Shown here piece by piece: positions 17,679 to 28,777 of a stretch of 64,000 nucleotides of DNA. The stretch covers positions 2,496,001 to 2,560,000 of the forward strand of contig OY969585.1 in assembly GCA_963701295.1 (NCBI GenBank), given 5' to 3'. Below the pieces are notes generated by a model. The model was given only the letters and a program-made list of their open reading frames with translations, did no database searches and was not told where the DNA came from. The position numbers and the translations under genes were made by a program. How positions within the stretch are numbered: position 1 is the stretch's first letter; each line of letters opens with the position of its first letter. The DNA is from Ignavibacteriota bacterium. Lineage in GTDB: Bacteria; Bacteroidota; Ignavibacteria; UBA10030.

Positions 17679-20588
17679 ATGAAAAAAAATCTTATCCATC
17701 GCGTTATTGGCGTAATCGTCCTATTCATTTCTGCCGTTCAGTTCATCAAAACTGCACAGGTTTCTGTCCCATTTTGGGATCCGGGCGAACTCTCTGCTGC
17801 TGCCTACTTGATGCAGGTGCCGCATCCGCCCGGCGGGCCTCTCTTTTCGATCGTGGGCAGAATATTCTACATGCTACCCATCCCTGGCGATCTTGGTTTT
17901 AGGATGAATCTCATGTCGTCTGTCGCGAGCGTCTTTACAGTTCTTTTTTTATATCTCATCGCAGTCAAAGTCATTGAACACTATAAAGGAAAACAATCCG
18001 GAAATTCGTTAGAAACATTAGGGACGTACCTCGCTGCCGCCATTGGAGCTTTAACGTTATCGTTCAGCGATACGTTTTGGTTTAATGCCGGTGAATCTAA
18101 TTATTTTGCAGTAAGCATGTTGCTCTATTCTTCTATTGTATGGTTGATGATGGTGTGGAATGAAAAAGCCGACGAACCGGGAAGTGAACGGTATCTTTTG
18201 ATGATTGCATACATAGCCGGTTTATCAGCCGGACTTCATCTGATGAGTGTTCTGACGATAATCATAGTAGGGATTATTGTGGTTCTTCGGAAGTATGTCA
18301 CTAACAATGAAGAATACTTACAATCATCATATGTCTTTCTGGGGCATATGGTTTTGTTGTTCATTGTTGCGGCTATTCTTTGGAGCGGAGAAACTGCTAC
18401 ACAACCGCCCACACAAGAGATGACCAGTGCATTCGACAAGAAATTCATCATTGCAATGGTGATAGCGAGTCTTGGAGTTCTGGTCGTCTTTAGAAAAAAA
18501 GTTCTTCGACGAAACTCCATTTATCTCGCTCTCCTTGTTGGAGGTATTGCTTTCGTTGTGATCTTTTCCGGCATTATCAGATATTTTCCTAAGTTGTTGC
18601 TCTATATTGCGGGAGATCATCTTGAAGGAGGTCTTCTCGTCCTTGTGGGAGTAATGGCAGCAGAAGGATTGGGAGTTTATTATGCCATGAAGCAAAAGCG
18701 AATGATCCTTGCCCTCTCTCTTATAGCGGCACTTATTGCGGTACTCGGTTTTACGACATACACAATGATTGTTATCCGTGCGAACGCAAACTTGCCAATG
18801 AATGAAAATCATCCGAAGTCGTTCGCACAACTTATTACGTACTTGAATCGAGAGCAGTACGGCGATTTTCCCATGTTTCAACGCCGCTGGTCGTCAGAGC
18901 CGGAAAAAGTGGGCATCTATACAAAATACAGCAGTGATCTCGATTTCTTCTTACGCTATCAAATGGACCATATGTTTCAACGTTATGTTGGATGGAATTT
19001 TATCGGGAGAATCTCACATGATCAAGATGCAGGAGTGAATTGGAAAGGATTTTTCGGTATTCCATTTTTCTTGGGCCTTTTTGGTCTGTACACGCACTTC
19101 CGAAAAGATTGGAAAATGGCATCTGTCTTTCTCTTCACATTTATTTTAATGGGATACTTAATTACCTACTATCAAAACCAGCAGGAGCCGCAGCCGAGAG
19201 ATCGTGAATATTTTTATTGCGGAGCATATTTCGTTTTTGCACTTTGGATTGCGCTTGGTATCAAAGGGTTGCTTAATCTTGTCCAGGAAAAGTTGACATC
19301 GCCATCGGCAGTGAAACCTGCATTTATTGGAGTGCTCGTGCTCAGCACGCTCTTTGTTCCTGCAAGAATGCTGCAACTTAATTATTTTACGCATGATCGT
19401 TCGAAGAATTGGGTGCCTTGGGATTTTGCATACAACATGTTACAGACATGCGAACAGGATGCAATTCTTTTCACTCAGGGTGATAATGATACATTCCCTT
19501 TGTGGTACATGCAGGATGTAGAAGGTGTCCGGCGGGATGTGAGGATTGTGAACTTGAGCTTGGTGAATACATCATGGTACATCCTCCAGATGAAGAATAC
19601 ACCAGCGTACGCAGAGGCAAAAGCAGTGCCGATGAATATGCCTGATTCATACATTAAAGATATTCAACCGATCGCTTGGGAACCGAGAAACGTCGAGTTA
19701 CCCATTTCAAAAGAAACGATCCAACACTTTCAAGAAGAGAAGGGAGTTGTCCTTGATTCATCTATTGTCAATAACGGAAAAATTACATTCCTGCTTCCTA
19801 ATACATTGCAGTTTGGCAAAACAAAAGCGCTCCGTGTCCAAGATATTGCTGTGTTCGATATCATTATGGCTAATGAATGGAAGCGGCCCATTTATTTTGC
19901 CTCTACTTGTTCACCGGACGCAAAGATTGGATTGGAAGACTATATGTGGTTCAAAGGATTGAATTGGAAGCTTGAACCAATGAAGGCCTCAGAGATAAAT
20001 TATGGATTAGATCCTATGAAGCTCGAAGCAAATCTTATGAACGAGCCCTCAGATTATTCCAAAACTCCAAAATATGGATATATATTCCGTGAATTGGCGA
20101 ATCCAAAAGTATTTTTTGATGAAAATACAATTCGCATTATTTCCAATTACCGGGCAGCATTTCGTGGACTTGCCGCATATTACATAAACGTTGAAAAAAA
20201 TCCGCAGAAGAGTATAAAGGTGTTGGACAGAATGGAATCGCTTATGCCGCATACAAAAATTCCATATGGATGGCAGAGTGCATGGCAAATGGCGAATTTC
20301 TATCATTCTCTAGGGCGTATGGATCGTGTGAAGGAAATGGCAACAGAGATTGAACCGGCTTGTCTCAGTCTTATTGAGAAAGGCGACGTGGAGATGAAAG
20401 ACTATTACAATCCGTACCGCGCACTTCTTGATCTTTATGAGATGACAAAAGAACAGGACAAGTCACTCAACATTCTCCGGAAATTAGCGGTGCTCTTTCC
20501 AAAGGATCCAAGCATCAACCAGAGGATTCAAGTGTTAGAGCAAATGAGTAAACTCTCTGCTGCACCCGTACCTGAAAAAGGAAAGTAA
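17679..20588 (+). CDS. DUF2723 (TMEM260-like) multi-pass membrane glycosyltransferase-like protein
   Basis: FWDPGEL, VPHPPG, YLNREQYG, QPRDREY, FTQGDNDTFPLWYMQDVEGVRRDVRIVNLSL. Confidence 0.88.
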   Translation: MKKNLIHRVIGVIVLFISAVQFIKTAQVSVPFWDPGELSAAAYLMQVPHPPGGPLFSIVGRIFYMLPIPGDLGFRMNLMSSVASVFTVLFLYLIAVKVIEHYKGKQSGNSLETLGTYLAAAIGALTLSFSDTFWFNAGESNYFAVSMLLYSSIVWLMMVWNEKADEPGSERYLLMIAYIAGLSAGLHLMSVLTIIIVGIIVVLRKYVTNNEEYLQSSYVFLGHMVLLFIVAAILWSGETATQPPTQEMTSAFDKKFIIAMVIASLGVLVVFRKKVLRRNSIYLALLVGGIAFVVIFSGIIRYFPKLLLYIAGDHLEGGLLVLVGVMAAEGLGVYYAMKQKRMILALSLIAALIAVLGFTTYTMIVIRANANLPMNENHPKSFAQLITYLNREQYGDFPMFQRRWSSEPEKVGIYTKYSSDLDFFLRYQMDHMFQRYVGWNFIGRISHDQDAGVNWKGFFGIPFFLGLFGLYTHFRKDWKMASVFLFTFILMGYLITYYQNQQEPQPRDREYFYCGAYFVFALWIALGIKGLLNLVQEKLTSPSAVKPAFIGVLVLSTLFVPARMLQLNYFTHDRSKNWVPWDFAYNMLQTCEQDAILFTQGDNDTFPLWYMQDVEGVRRDVRIVNLSLVNTSWYILQMKNTPAYAEAKAVPMNMPDSYIKDIQPIAWEPRNVELPISKETIQHFQEEKGVVLDSSIVNNGKITFLLPNTLQFGKTKALRVQDIAVFDIIMANEWKRPIYFASTCSPDAKIGLEDYMWFKGLNWKLEPMKASEINYGLDPMKLEANLMNEPSDYSKTPKYGYIFRELANPKVFFDENTIRIISNYRAAFRGLAAYYINVEKNPQKSIKVLDRMESLMPHTKIPYGWQSAWQMANFYHSLGRMDRVKEMATEIEPACLSLIEKGDVEMKDYYNPYRALLDLYEMTKEQDKSLNILRKLAVLFPKDPSINQRIQVLEQMSKLSAAPVPEKGK

Positions 20589-20608
20589 TTTCGTCACAAT
20601 TGAGCTCT

Positions 20609-21781
20609 ATGGCGCACGATGTCCATATAGTCGTTAATAAGCACACGCCGTATGCTGTGAAAGCGTTTGAGCGGATCGGAAAAGTAACTGCGCTCGATAC
20701 ACATGAAATTACGAAGGATACAGTCAAAGATGCCGACATCCTGATCGTTCGTTCCGAGACGAAAGTTGATCATACTTTGTTAGATGGAAGCCATGTGAAA
20801 TTTGTTGGAACGGTGACAATCGGAACCGATCATGTGGATGAAGAATATCTTGCAAAGAATGGAATTACCTTTGTCAGTGCTCCAGGTAGTAATTCACATG
20901 CGGTTGGTGAATATATCACAGCAGCATTATTGGAACTGGCATATACCAAGGGTTTCTTGCTTAACGAAAAAACCATCGGTATTGTAGGAGTCGGCAACGT
21001 TGGTAGCAAGGTTTGGCACAAAGCAGAAGCTTTGGGAATGCAGGTCCTTCTGAACGATCCACCTCTTCAGCGTGTGGGGAGAAGTTATCCATTGCATTCC
21101 TTGGAAGAGTTGATGGAGGCGGATATCATTACGCTCCATGTTCCGTTGAACCATGCAGGACCTGATGCGACATATCATCTTTTTGATGAAAATCGAATTC
21201 GCAAGATGAAACGAGGTGCCATTCTCATCAACACATCACGCGGCGGCGTTGTGGAAACAGAGGCCTTGAAACGTACATTGAGTGATGGTCATCTATCAAC
21301 TGCTGTGCTTGATGTATGGGAGAAAGAACCAAATATCAACACATCTCTCCTTGAACTCATTTCATTAGGAACACAACACATTGCAGGCCATTCGTTAGAT
21401 GGCAAGCTCAATGCGCTTCGGGCAAATTACGAAGCGGTCTGTCGTTTTCTATCAAAACCGATTGACCTGGAAATCAATGCATCTTTACTGTATCCTGTTA
21501 TTCGAGAAATTAAAATTGACACAATGCACGGTCAGATACTACACACACTTCGAGATATCGTGAAGCAGTGCTACGATATCAATGTAGATGACCGGCTTCT
21601 GCGTCAAATTATATCGTTTCCAGAAGAAGAACGTGGAAAGTATTTTTCTCTACTTCGCACAGAGTACCGCATTCGGAGAGAATTTCCCAATTCAACAGTG
21701 TCCTTGTCCAATGAAGCAGAGAATCTTGCTGATATGCTTCAACTTCTTGGTTTTAAAGTAACGAAAGAAATATTGTCATGA
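20609..21781 (+). CDS. pdxB: Erythronate-4-phosphate dehydrogenase
   Basis: [42 protein letters not shown]. Confidence 0.9.
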   Translation: MAHDVHIVVNKHTPYAVKAFERIGKVTALDTHEITKDTVKDADILIVRSETKVDHTLLDGSHVKFVGTVTIGTDHVDEEYLAKNGITFVSAPGSNSHAVGEYITAALLELAYTKGFLLNEKTIGIVGVGNVGSKVWHKAEALGMQVLLNDPPLQRVGRSYPLHSLEELMEADIITLHVPLNHAGPDATYHLFDENRIRKMKRGAILINTSRGGVVETEALKRTLSDGHLSTAVLDVWEKEPNINTSLLELISLGTQHIAGHSLDGKLNALRANYEAVCRFLSKPIDLEINASLLYPVIREIKIDTMHGQILHTLRDIVKQCYDINVDDRLLRQIISFPEEERGKYFSLLRTEYRIRREFPNSTVSLSNEAENLADMLQLLGFKVTKEILS

Positions 21782-22248
21782 GTGAAAGATTCCAAGCACG
21801 TATTCTTAGAATCAATCCGGACCAACGGGATATTCCCTTACCTGCGTATGCAACGGAAGGGTCTGCGGGAATGGATATTTGTGCTGCAGTAGAAAGGGAC
21901 GTAGAAATTCCACCGGGTGATACAATTTTAATTCCAACAGGATTTATCATTGAATTGCCGCAGGGACATGAAGCGCAAGTGCGGCCAAGGAGCGGTCTTG
22001 CTGTCAAACACAATATTGGAATTCTCAACTCACCGGGAACAATTGATTCCGATTATCGCGGTGAAGTAAAAATCATACTCACAAATTTTGGAAAGAAGCC
22101 GTACGTTATTCGCCGCGGGGATCGCATAGCACAAATGATTGTCGCAAAGTACGAGCGCGTGCAATGGAAAGAAGTATCGTCACTTGCTGAATCTGTGCGC
22201 GGAGAAGGCGGATTTGGTCATACAGGAATCACATTAAAAGGGGATTAA
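21778..22248 (+). CDS. dut: dUTPase
   Basis: [31 protein letters not shown]. Confidence 0.97.
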   Translation: MSERFQARILRINPDQRDIPLPAYATEGSAGMDICAAVERDVEIPPGDTILIPTGFIIELPQGHEAQVRPRSGLAVKHNIGILNSPGTIDSDYRGEVKIILTNFGKKPYVIRRGDRIAQMIVAKYERVQWKEVSSLAESVRGEGGFGHTGITLKGD

Positions 22249-22252
22249 TACA

Positions 22253-23569
22253 ATGGCTCAACAAAGAACAAGGAAGAACACATCGCGAACGAAATACATG
22301 CATCAGAACGTATCGCAGGAAATGCGCTGGGACTCGGTTTTTTCATCACTTGGCAGGATTGAGATTGTGCTGCTCATCGGAGGCGTACTTCTGTTACTTG
22401 TGCTCATCTACACTATTCACACGATTCTTTCTCCCTTTCTTGCACTTGGCTCTATTCTCTTTATTCTATTTCCATTACGTCGCTATGTGCTTGCACGGAA
22501 TCTTATGTGGTTGGCGATTATTCTCTTTACATTATGGTTTTTGGATTCCGTTTCGACAATTCTTGCGCCCTTTATTGTATCCATGATCTTTGCGTATATG
22601 CTCAACCCGGTTGTGGATCTCTTTCAAAGCTGGAAAATTCCGCGTTGGGTTAGTTCGCTCATACTTATCCTGCTCTTCATTTCAGGTATTACACTTATTC
22701 TCTTTTTTGTTCTCCCCATTGCGCTCTCACAGTTTGAAGGTGTTCTTGATTTGCTGTCGAAACTCACGAATGAATATCAAAGTACGTTTTGGAACAGCCA
22801 TCTGATTAAAATATTAGAGAATTATGGCATCTCTGTAAATGAACTTCGTAGTGCATTTGCCAGCCAATTGACGCCTCGGTTTGAAGATATTCTCAAAACG
22901 GTTATCAAGGCGCTCGGTTCGTTAATGAGCAGCATTTCAGGTTTCATTACACAAATATTTTATATCATTTTAGTACCCGTCCTAACATTTTATTTCTTGG
23001 CAGATTTCCCCAAAATCAGCCATCGCTTTTTGATGCTCTTTCCTCGCAGGAATCGCGACCGTGTAGAAAACTTTATGAACCGAGCTGATGATCTTATTGG
23101 ACATTATTTACGTGGAGCGCTTTTAGTAGCGCTTTTAGAAGGATTTATTATTTCGGTGGTCTTTTCTATTGTCGGGATAAAATATGCTTTCCTTTTGGGG
23201 CTCTTGGCATGTCTCTTCGATTTTGTTCCCTATTTCGGTCTTATTGCTATTATGGCGCTTTCTGCATTAGTTGCACTCTTCAGTGAACCGCCTGTCTTAA
23301 CAAAATTAGCTATTGCTCTCGTCTCCATTTCTATCCTTCATATGGCGGAAGTCACCTTTCTCTCGCCGAAAATAATCGGCAGTAAAGTGGGAATGCACCC
23401 GCTGCTCATTATTCTCTCTTTGCTCATCTTCATGTATTTCATGGGTTTTATTGGGCTGCTCATTGCAGTTCCGACGACAGCGCTGGTGATATTGTTTATT
23501 AGAGATTGGGAAGCACGAAGGCGCGGAGAAATTCCCATGCCAAAAGATTCCTCCAAAGCGGGTCTTTGA
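22253..23569 (+). CDS. AI-2E family transporter
   Basis: Multi-TM; AYMLNPVV, VPYFG, PKIIGSKVGMHP, GLLIAVP. Confidence 0.88.
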   Translation: MAQQRTRKNTSRTKYMHQNVSQEMRWDSVFSSLGRIEIVLLIGGVLLLLVLIYTIHTILSPFLALGSILFILFPLRRYVLARNLMWLAIILFTLWFLDSVSTILAPFIVSMIFAYMLNPVVDLFQSWKIPRWVSSLILILLFISGITLILFFVLPIALSQFEGVLDLLSKLTNEYQSTFWNSHLIKILENYGISVNELRSAFASQLTPRFEDILKTVIKALGSLMSSISGFITQIFYIILVPVLTFYFLADFPKISHRFLMLFPRRNRDRVENFMNRADDLIGHYLRGALLVALLEGFIISVVFSIVGIKYAFLLGLLACLFDFVPYFGLIAIMALSALVALFSEPPVLTKLAIALVSISILHMAEVTFLSPKIIGSKVGMHPLLIILSLLIFMYFMGFIGLLIAVPTTALVILFIRDWEARRRGEIPMPKDSSKAGL

Positions 23570-24249
23570 TGTCAGGTGCGCTTTATCTCGTTGCCACTCC
23601 TATTGGCAATTATGATGACATTACATTACGAGCGATAAAAGTGCTCAAGGAGGTAGATGTCATAGTGTGTGAAGAACGAAGTGAAGGACAGAATCTCCTT
23701 CGCCAGTATGGAATAGATAATCAAGTAGAGACACTCAATGAGCATAACGAAGCGGCTGCTGCGAGTGTCATTATCAATGTACTGAAAGAAGGGAAATCCA
23801 TCGCATTAATTTCCGATGCGGGCACACCTGTGTTTTCTGATCCCGGAAGAATATTAGTTGAAAAAGCCATTCACCAGAACATCAAGATTGTTCCTATCCC
23901 CGGTGCTTCCTCGCTCCTTCCTGCGCTCATCGTTTCAGGATTTCTCATCAAGGAATTTGTATTTGCTGGATTTCTTTCGCCCAAGCGAGAACGGCGTCTT
24001 ACCGAATTGCGCGAATTTCGGAAGGAGCGCCGCACAATTGTTTTGATGGACACGCCATACCGGCTTGTTCAGCTTTTACGGGATATGGCTGACGTCTTTG
24101 GAGAAACGAGACGCGTGTGCGTTGCCTTCGATCTGACGTTATCAACGGAAGAAATCTTCCATGGAACTGCGCCAATACTGTACAAGAAATTCCAGAAGGA
24201 AGAGAAGAAGGGGGAATTTGTAGTGGTGCTGGAGGGAACGAAGAACTAA
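23569..24249 (+). CDS. rsmI: 16S rRNA C1402 2'-O-methyltransferase
   Basis: LYLVATPIGNYDDIT, SDAGTPVFSDPG, PIPGAS, KGEFVVV; start set at ATG 23569. Confidence 0.93.
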   Translation: MSGALYLVATPIGNYDDITLRAIKVLKEVDVIVCEERSEGQNLLRQYGIDNQVETLNEHNEAAAASVIINVLKEGKSIALISDAGTPVFSDPGRILVEKAIHQNIKIVPIPGASSLLPALIVSGFLIKEFVFAGFLSPKRERRLTELREFRKERRTIVLMDTPYRLVQLLRDMADVFGETRRVCVAFDLTLSTEEIFHGTAPILYKKFQKEEKKGEFVVVLEGTKN

Positions 24250-24561
24250 GCGTTCATTTCAGGTGTAGAAAAATATAACTGCCTTCTATAACAAAAAGGA
24301 TTCCTGTCTCAGCCATACTAAATAATATGGCGGCAGTACTGCTATTCCAAAATTTCTTCAGAAATTTGTAATGATTATCGATTATTTAAAGAAATACATG
24401 TTTTTTTCAAATATCTTTATCATATTATTTCCATCAAATCCATTAGCATAGTACTATTTGATCGGCTAAGCTGCATTTTATTTTTTAGATTTTGCATTTG
24501 CTCGTATTCCCAGCCGCTCGTATAGAAAACTATATTGCATATGTTTAGATGGAGATGGTTG

Positions 24562-26970
24562 ATGCTAGGTCAGACTATTTCACACTACAAAATCCTCAAA
24601 AAACTCGGCGACGGCGGTATGGGAGCAGTCTACAAAGCCGAAGATACCAAGCTTCAACGAACTGTCGCCCTGAAATTTCTTTCCTCTGAATTGACACGAG
24701 ATCCGGAAGCAAAGGAACGTCTTATCCGCGAAGCACAAGCCGCATCTACCCTCCAGCATCATAATATCTGCACTATCCATGAGATCGGCGAAACTGATGA
24801 CGGCGAAATGTTCTTCTGTATGGATTATTATGTAGGTAAAACGCTGAAGGAAAGATTATCGCAGCTTCAGGCAAAGAATGAACTGCCTATGCCTGCTTCA
24901 GAAGCTCTTGATATCGGAATCCAGATTGCACAAGGTCTGGCGAAGGCACATGAAAAAGGAATTGTTCACAGGGATATCAAACCGGCCAATATCATGATTA
25001 CGAACGACAGCGTGGTCAAGATACTCGACTTCGGGATCGCGAAACAATCCGGAAAAAGCAAATTGACACAAACTGGGAAAACCATCGGAACAATCGCCTA
25101 TGTGTCTCCGGAACAGGCGGAGGGGAGGAATGTTGACGCCCGGACGGATATCTGGTCTCTTGGCGTCGTGATGTATGAACTGTTCACCGCGAGACTTCCA
25201 TTTGAACATGAGTACGACGCAGCGATCATCTACGCGATTCTTGACAAAACACCTGTCGCTCCTACAAAAATTGGAGCGAACATTTTGGAAGATTTGGATC
25301 ATGTCATTCTCAAGTGTTTAATGAAAAATCCCGATCATCGATATCAGTCTGCCAATGACCTGTTATCGGATTTAAACGAAGTTCGGAAAGCATTTGCTGA
25401 CGATGATTCGAAAACAGCTATACAAAAACGAAAATATTCCTTTGACAGAAAATGGACAATATGGGAAAGACGCTTTAAAAACAAAAGAAACATCCTTACT
25501 GGTATTGCGATAATAATTCTTGCACTCTTCTTTGTGTTTATCCTGCCTCAGCTTAGTCATAGAACAAAAGCCATCCAATCTATTGCCGTTTTGCCCTTGG
25601 AAAATCTTTCAAGCGACAAAGAACAGGAATATTTTGTATCAGGTATTCATGATGAATTATTAACAGATTTATCAAAGATTAAAGCATTACGTGTTATTTC
25701 AAAAACCTCGGTCATGCGATACGAGAATACAAAAAAATCTGCGTCGGAGATCGCCAGGGAGTTGAATGTGGACGCCCTTGTCGAAGGCTCGATCATGCGG
25801 GTTGGCGATCAAGTGCATATCAACGTTCAGCTGATTGAAGGATCGACGGACAACCATCTATGGGCGGAAAGTTACGACCGAGACGTACAGAACATATTGA
25901 TAATGCTGAGCGAGGTAGCGCAAGCTATCGCAGGAGAGATCAAGATTGCCGTGACAAATCAGGAAAAAGATAGGATAGCTGCCGTACATTTAGTAAAACC
26001 TGAAGCGCATGAGGAATACTTAAAAGGACGGTATTTATCTTTTCGTTATGACCCCGCGGGGTTTCCAGATGCACTGATGCATTTTCAGAGATCCATAGAA
26101 ATAGATCCTAATTTCGCTCCAGGATACGCGGGTCAGGCCACAGTTTATTTTCTCTTGGGTTATTTTGGGATAAAACCAGACCCTGAGGTCATTCCGAAAG
26201 CCAGAATGATGGCGATGAAGGCGCTTGAAGTAGATGAGGCACTCGCTGAAGCGCATACTATGTTAAGCTGGATTAAGCTATGCTATGACTGGGATTGGCA
26301 GGGTGCAGTTAAAGAGGCACAGCGGGCGTTGGATCTGAATCCCAACGATGCTCAAGCCCGACATGCATATGGAGATTATTTGATGTTCGCCATGAGGAAT
26401 GTAGATGAAGGATTGCATCAAGTTGTACTTGCCCGTGAAATTGATCCCTTTTTCCCTATATCGGTCATTCCTGCAATTTATCATCTTCAACTAGTCTATC
26501 GATACGACGAAATAATTAGTGAGTGCAGAAAACTCCTAGCGACGGATCCCAATTATCCTGATGCGCGCGGTAACCTTCGGGATGCATTATGGTTAAAAGG
26601 CAATTACGAAAAAGCCTTCGTTGAATTTCAGAAAACCTGGAATTGGAATGAAGAATTGAAGGCAGCAATGCAACGCGGCTATAGAATTTCCGGACCAAAA
26701 GGCGGAGTGGGGGAATTGGCATTAACGTTTGCGAAACAATCCGTACCCTACACGGGTTCTGTCCTCGGAGTTGCCACACTCTATGCGTTTATTAAGGAGA
26801 AAGATTCAACGATCGTATGGCTTGAGAAGGCATATCAAGAGCATTGTCCACAGCTCATCTACATTAATGGAAGTCCGACCTACGATTTTCTCCTCTCAGA
26901 TCCACGCTATCATTCATTGTTGCAAAGGATTGGTTTCCCAGAGACAAAAAAGGAAAAGCCCAATGGTTGA
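24562..26970 (+). CDS. Hanks-type Ser/Thr kinase with TM helix, TolB-N-like domain and TPRs
   Basis: GDGGMGAVY, VALK, HRDIKPAN, DFG, GTIAYVSPEQ; TM helix ILTGIAIIILALFFVFIL; SIAVLPLENLS domain; TPR repeats. Confidence 0.93.
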   Translation: MLGQTISHYKILKKLGDGGMGAVYKAEDTKLQRTVALKFLSSELTRDPEAKERLIREAQAASTLQHHNICTIHEIGETDDGEMFFCMDYYVGKTLKERLSQLQAKNELPMPASEALDIGIQIAQGLAKAHEKGIVHRDIKPANIMITNDSVVKILDFGIAKQSGKSKLTQTGKTIGTIAYVSPEQAEGRNVDARTDIWSLGVVMYELFTARLPFEHEYDAAIIYAILDKTPVAPTKIGANILEDLDHVILKCLMKNPDHRYQSANDLLSDLNEVRKAFADDDSKTAIQKRKYSFDRKWTIWERRFKNKRNILTGIAIIILALFFVFILPQLSHRTKAIQSIAVLPLENLSSDKEQEYFVSGIHDELLTDLSKIKALRVISKTSVMRYENTKKSASEIARELNVDALVEGSIMRVGDQVHINVQLIEGSTDNHLWAESYDRDVQNILIMLSEVAQAIAGEIKIAVTNQEKDRIAAVHLVKPEAHEEYLKGRYLSFRYDPAGFPDALMHFQRSIEIDPNFAPGYAGQATVYFLLGYFGIKPDPEVIPKARMMAMKALEVDEALAEAHTMLSWIKLCYDWDWQGAVKEAQRALDLNPNDAQARHAYGDYLMFAMRNVDEGLHQVVLAREIDPFFPISVIPAIYHLQLVYRYDEIISECRKLLATDPNYPDARGNLRDALWLKGNYEKAFVEFQKTWNWNEELKAAMQRGYRISGPKGGVGELALTFAKQSVPYTGSVLGVATLYAFIKEKDSTIVWLEKAYQEHCPQLIYINGSPTYDFLLSDPRYHSLLQRIGFPETKKEKPNG

Positions 26971-28465
26971 TCTGGAATCATTGTTCGAATTGGCTTCTAT
27001 TCTAGAACAACAAAACGATTTCCATGAAGTCCTGCGACTCACAATGCAAAAAGCAGCTAGCTTGATGGAAGCAGAAACCGCTTTAGTCATGATGATCAAT
27101 CCGTCGACAAGGGAGACTGTAAAAACGATTTATAGAGAAGAGCGGGGAGTAGACAATAACCGCTATCAATTTGTGCATACATATTTCAGCGGCTGGGTCT
27201 TTGATAATAGACAGCCATTGCTATCTGAGAATATCCAAAACGATTCTCGATTCAACAAAAATATCTTAAAGGATCTACCGATAACATCAGTCATGTGTGT
27301 CCCATTGATGGCCGAAGGTATAATTACAGGAAGTCTACTACTTCTTAACAAATTGAACGAAGGAGGATTTTCAAAGGGCGATTTTGAATATCTAAAAAAG
27401 TTTGCAACCATCATTTCACCCTTCGTACGAAATGCCAATAAGATCCAGCAATATTTTACGACGAAAATTCCTGATGACGCTCTATTAAAAAAATACGAAG
27501 CGTATGGGTTAATTGGCAAGAGCAAGGCATTTATTGAATTATTGAACTCTATCGAAACATCCGCCAGGTGCGATGTACGTGTTTTACTGGAAGGTGAAAG
27601 CGGTACCGGAAAAGAATTAATTGCTAAAGCCATTCATCAATGTAGCTCCAGAGTACAAAATAAGTTCATTGCCATCGATTGCGGAGCCATGCCAACAAAT
27701 CTCATCGAGAGTGAACTCTTCGGTCATGTCAAAGGAGCGTTTACAGGGGCAACCTATAATCGTAAAGGGTTGCTCGAAGAATCGAACGGCGGAACTTTAT
27801 TTATGGACGAGATTACAAATCTACCCTTGGATATGCAGTCTAAACTGTTGCGTGTACTTCAAGAAGGTGAAATTCGGCCACTAGGAAGCAACCAAATTAA
27901 CAAAGTCGATGTGCGTATAATTTCAGCATCGAGTATTTCACTACGCAAACTTGTTGAAAAAAAACAATTCCGCGAGGATTTATTCTATAGACTAAATATA
28001 TATCCAATCTCAATTCCATCATTGAATGAACGGCAAAAAGACATTCCCCTCTTGGCAGATTATTTTATTAAAAAATTCTCAGAAAAACAGAAGAAGCAGA
28101 TCGATTTATTCCATCCGGATATAGTGGATTTTATTCAACAAAGATTCTGGCCGGGGAATATACGGGAATTAGAAAATTTTGTTGAACGCCTTGTTACCTT
28201 GACCCCTCCCGAAATGAAGTCTTTTGAAGCAAACATGTTGCCATCAGAATTCCAAAAAGAATTTAAAAAAATAAAAAGGATTGAAAAGACAAAAAACACC
28301 AGCTTATTACTAGAAGAAAGCATGACCGATTATGAAGAGAAGCTCATACGGAAGGCACTCATAGAGAACGATTGGAATCAGTCAAAAGCTGCTAGAGTTT
28401 TGGGTATTTCCGAACAAACAATACGATATAAAATGCAGAAATTAAAGATTCTTAAACCAGAATAA
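26963..28465 (+). CDS. GAF-domain sigma54-dependent transcriptional activator
   Basis: GAF (SVMCVPL), Walker A GESGTGKE, GAFTGA, WPGNIRELEN, Fis HTH. Likely start ATG 26963 overlaps the kinase stop. Confidence 0.93.
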   Translation: MVDLESLFELASILEQQNDFHEVLRLTMQKAASLMEAETALVMMINPSTRETVKTIYREERGVDNNRYQFVHTYFSGWVFDNRQPLLSENIQNDSRFNKNILKDLPITSVMCVPLMAEGIITGSLLLLNKLNEGGFSKGDFEYLKKFATIISPFVRNANKIQQYFTTKIPDDALLKKYEAYGLIGKSKAFIELLNSIETSARCDVRVLLEGESGTGKELIAKAIHQCSSRVQNKFIAIDCGAMPTNLIESELFGHVKGAFTGATYNRKGLLEESNGGTLFMDEITNLPLDMQSKLLRVLQEGEIRPLGSNQINKVDVRIISASSISLRKLVEKKQFREDLFYRLNIYPISIPSLNERQKDIPLLADYFIKKFSEKQKKQIDLFHPDIVDFIQQRFWPGNIRELENFVERLVTLTPPEMKSFEANMLPSEFQKEFKKIKRIEKTKNTSLLLEESMTDYEEKLIRKALIENDWNQSKAARVLGISEQTIRYKMQKLKILKPE

Positions 28466-28629
28466 TCTCTCGCATACCAACGCTCTCCCGATTAATCATA
28501 AATATTCTCCAATAATTCCTCTCATTTTTTGCGAGAAAAATCCCAATAAATTCGGCATTTTCGCAACTCGCAAATCTATATCATAGATTTCACACACTTT
28601 TTGTATCTCTGCTCATAGTAACAAAAAGC

Positions 28630-28696
28630 TAAGTCTTTGTTATACAGCAATTTAAGCTTAAGAAATCAATAAAGATTCGGCGGCACATCATTTGAG
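28630..28696 (+). promoter_or_regulatory. Putative sigma54 promoter with an upstream IHF-like site
   Basis: CGGCACATCATTTGA (28681-28695; GG at -24, TTGA in place of TTGC). TAACAAAGACTTA on the minus strand at 28630-28642 resembles WATCAANNNNTTR. Confidence 0.55.
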
Positions 28697-28777
28697 TTGC
28701 TATGTATCGTCAAATGATTTTATCCCACAATAATTTCACCTAAAATAAAATGATAAACATTATTAAAGGAGTTTACC

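Noticed and set aside
26729-26962. N-terminal 78 aa of the track's activator ORF
   Set aside because: Overlaps the kinase coding region; ATG 26963 after AAGGAAAA is the plausible start.
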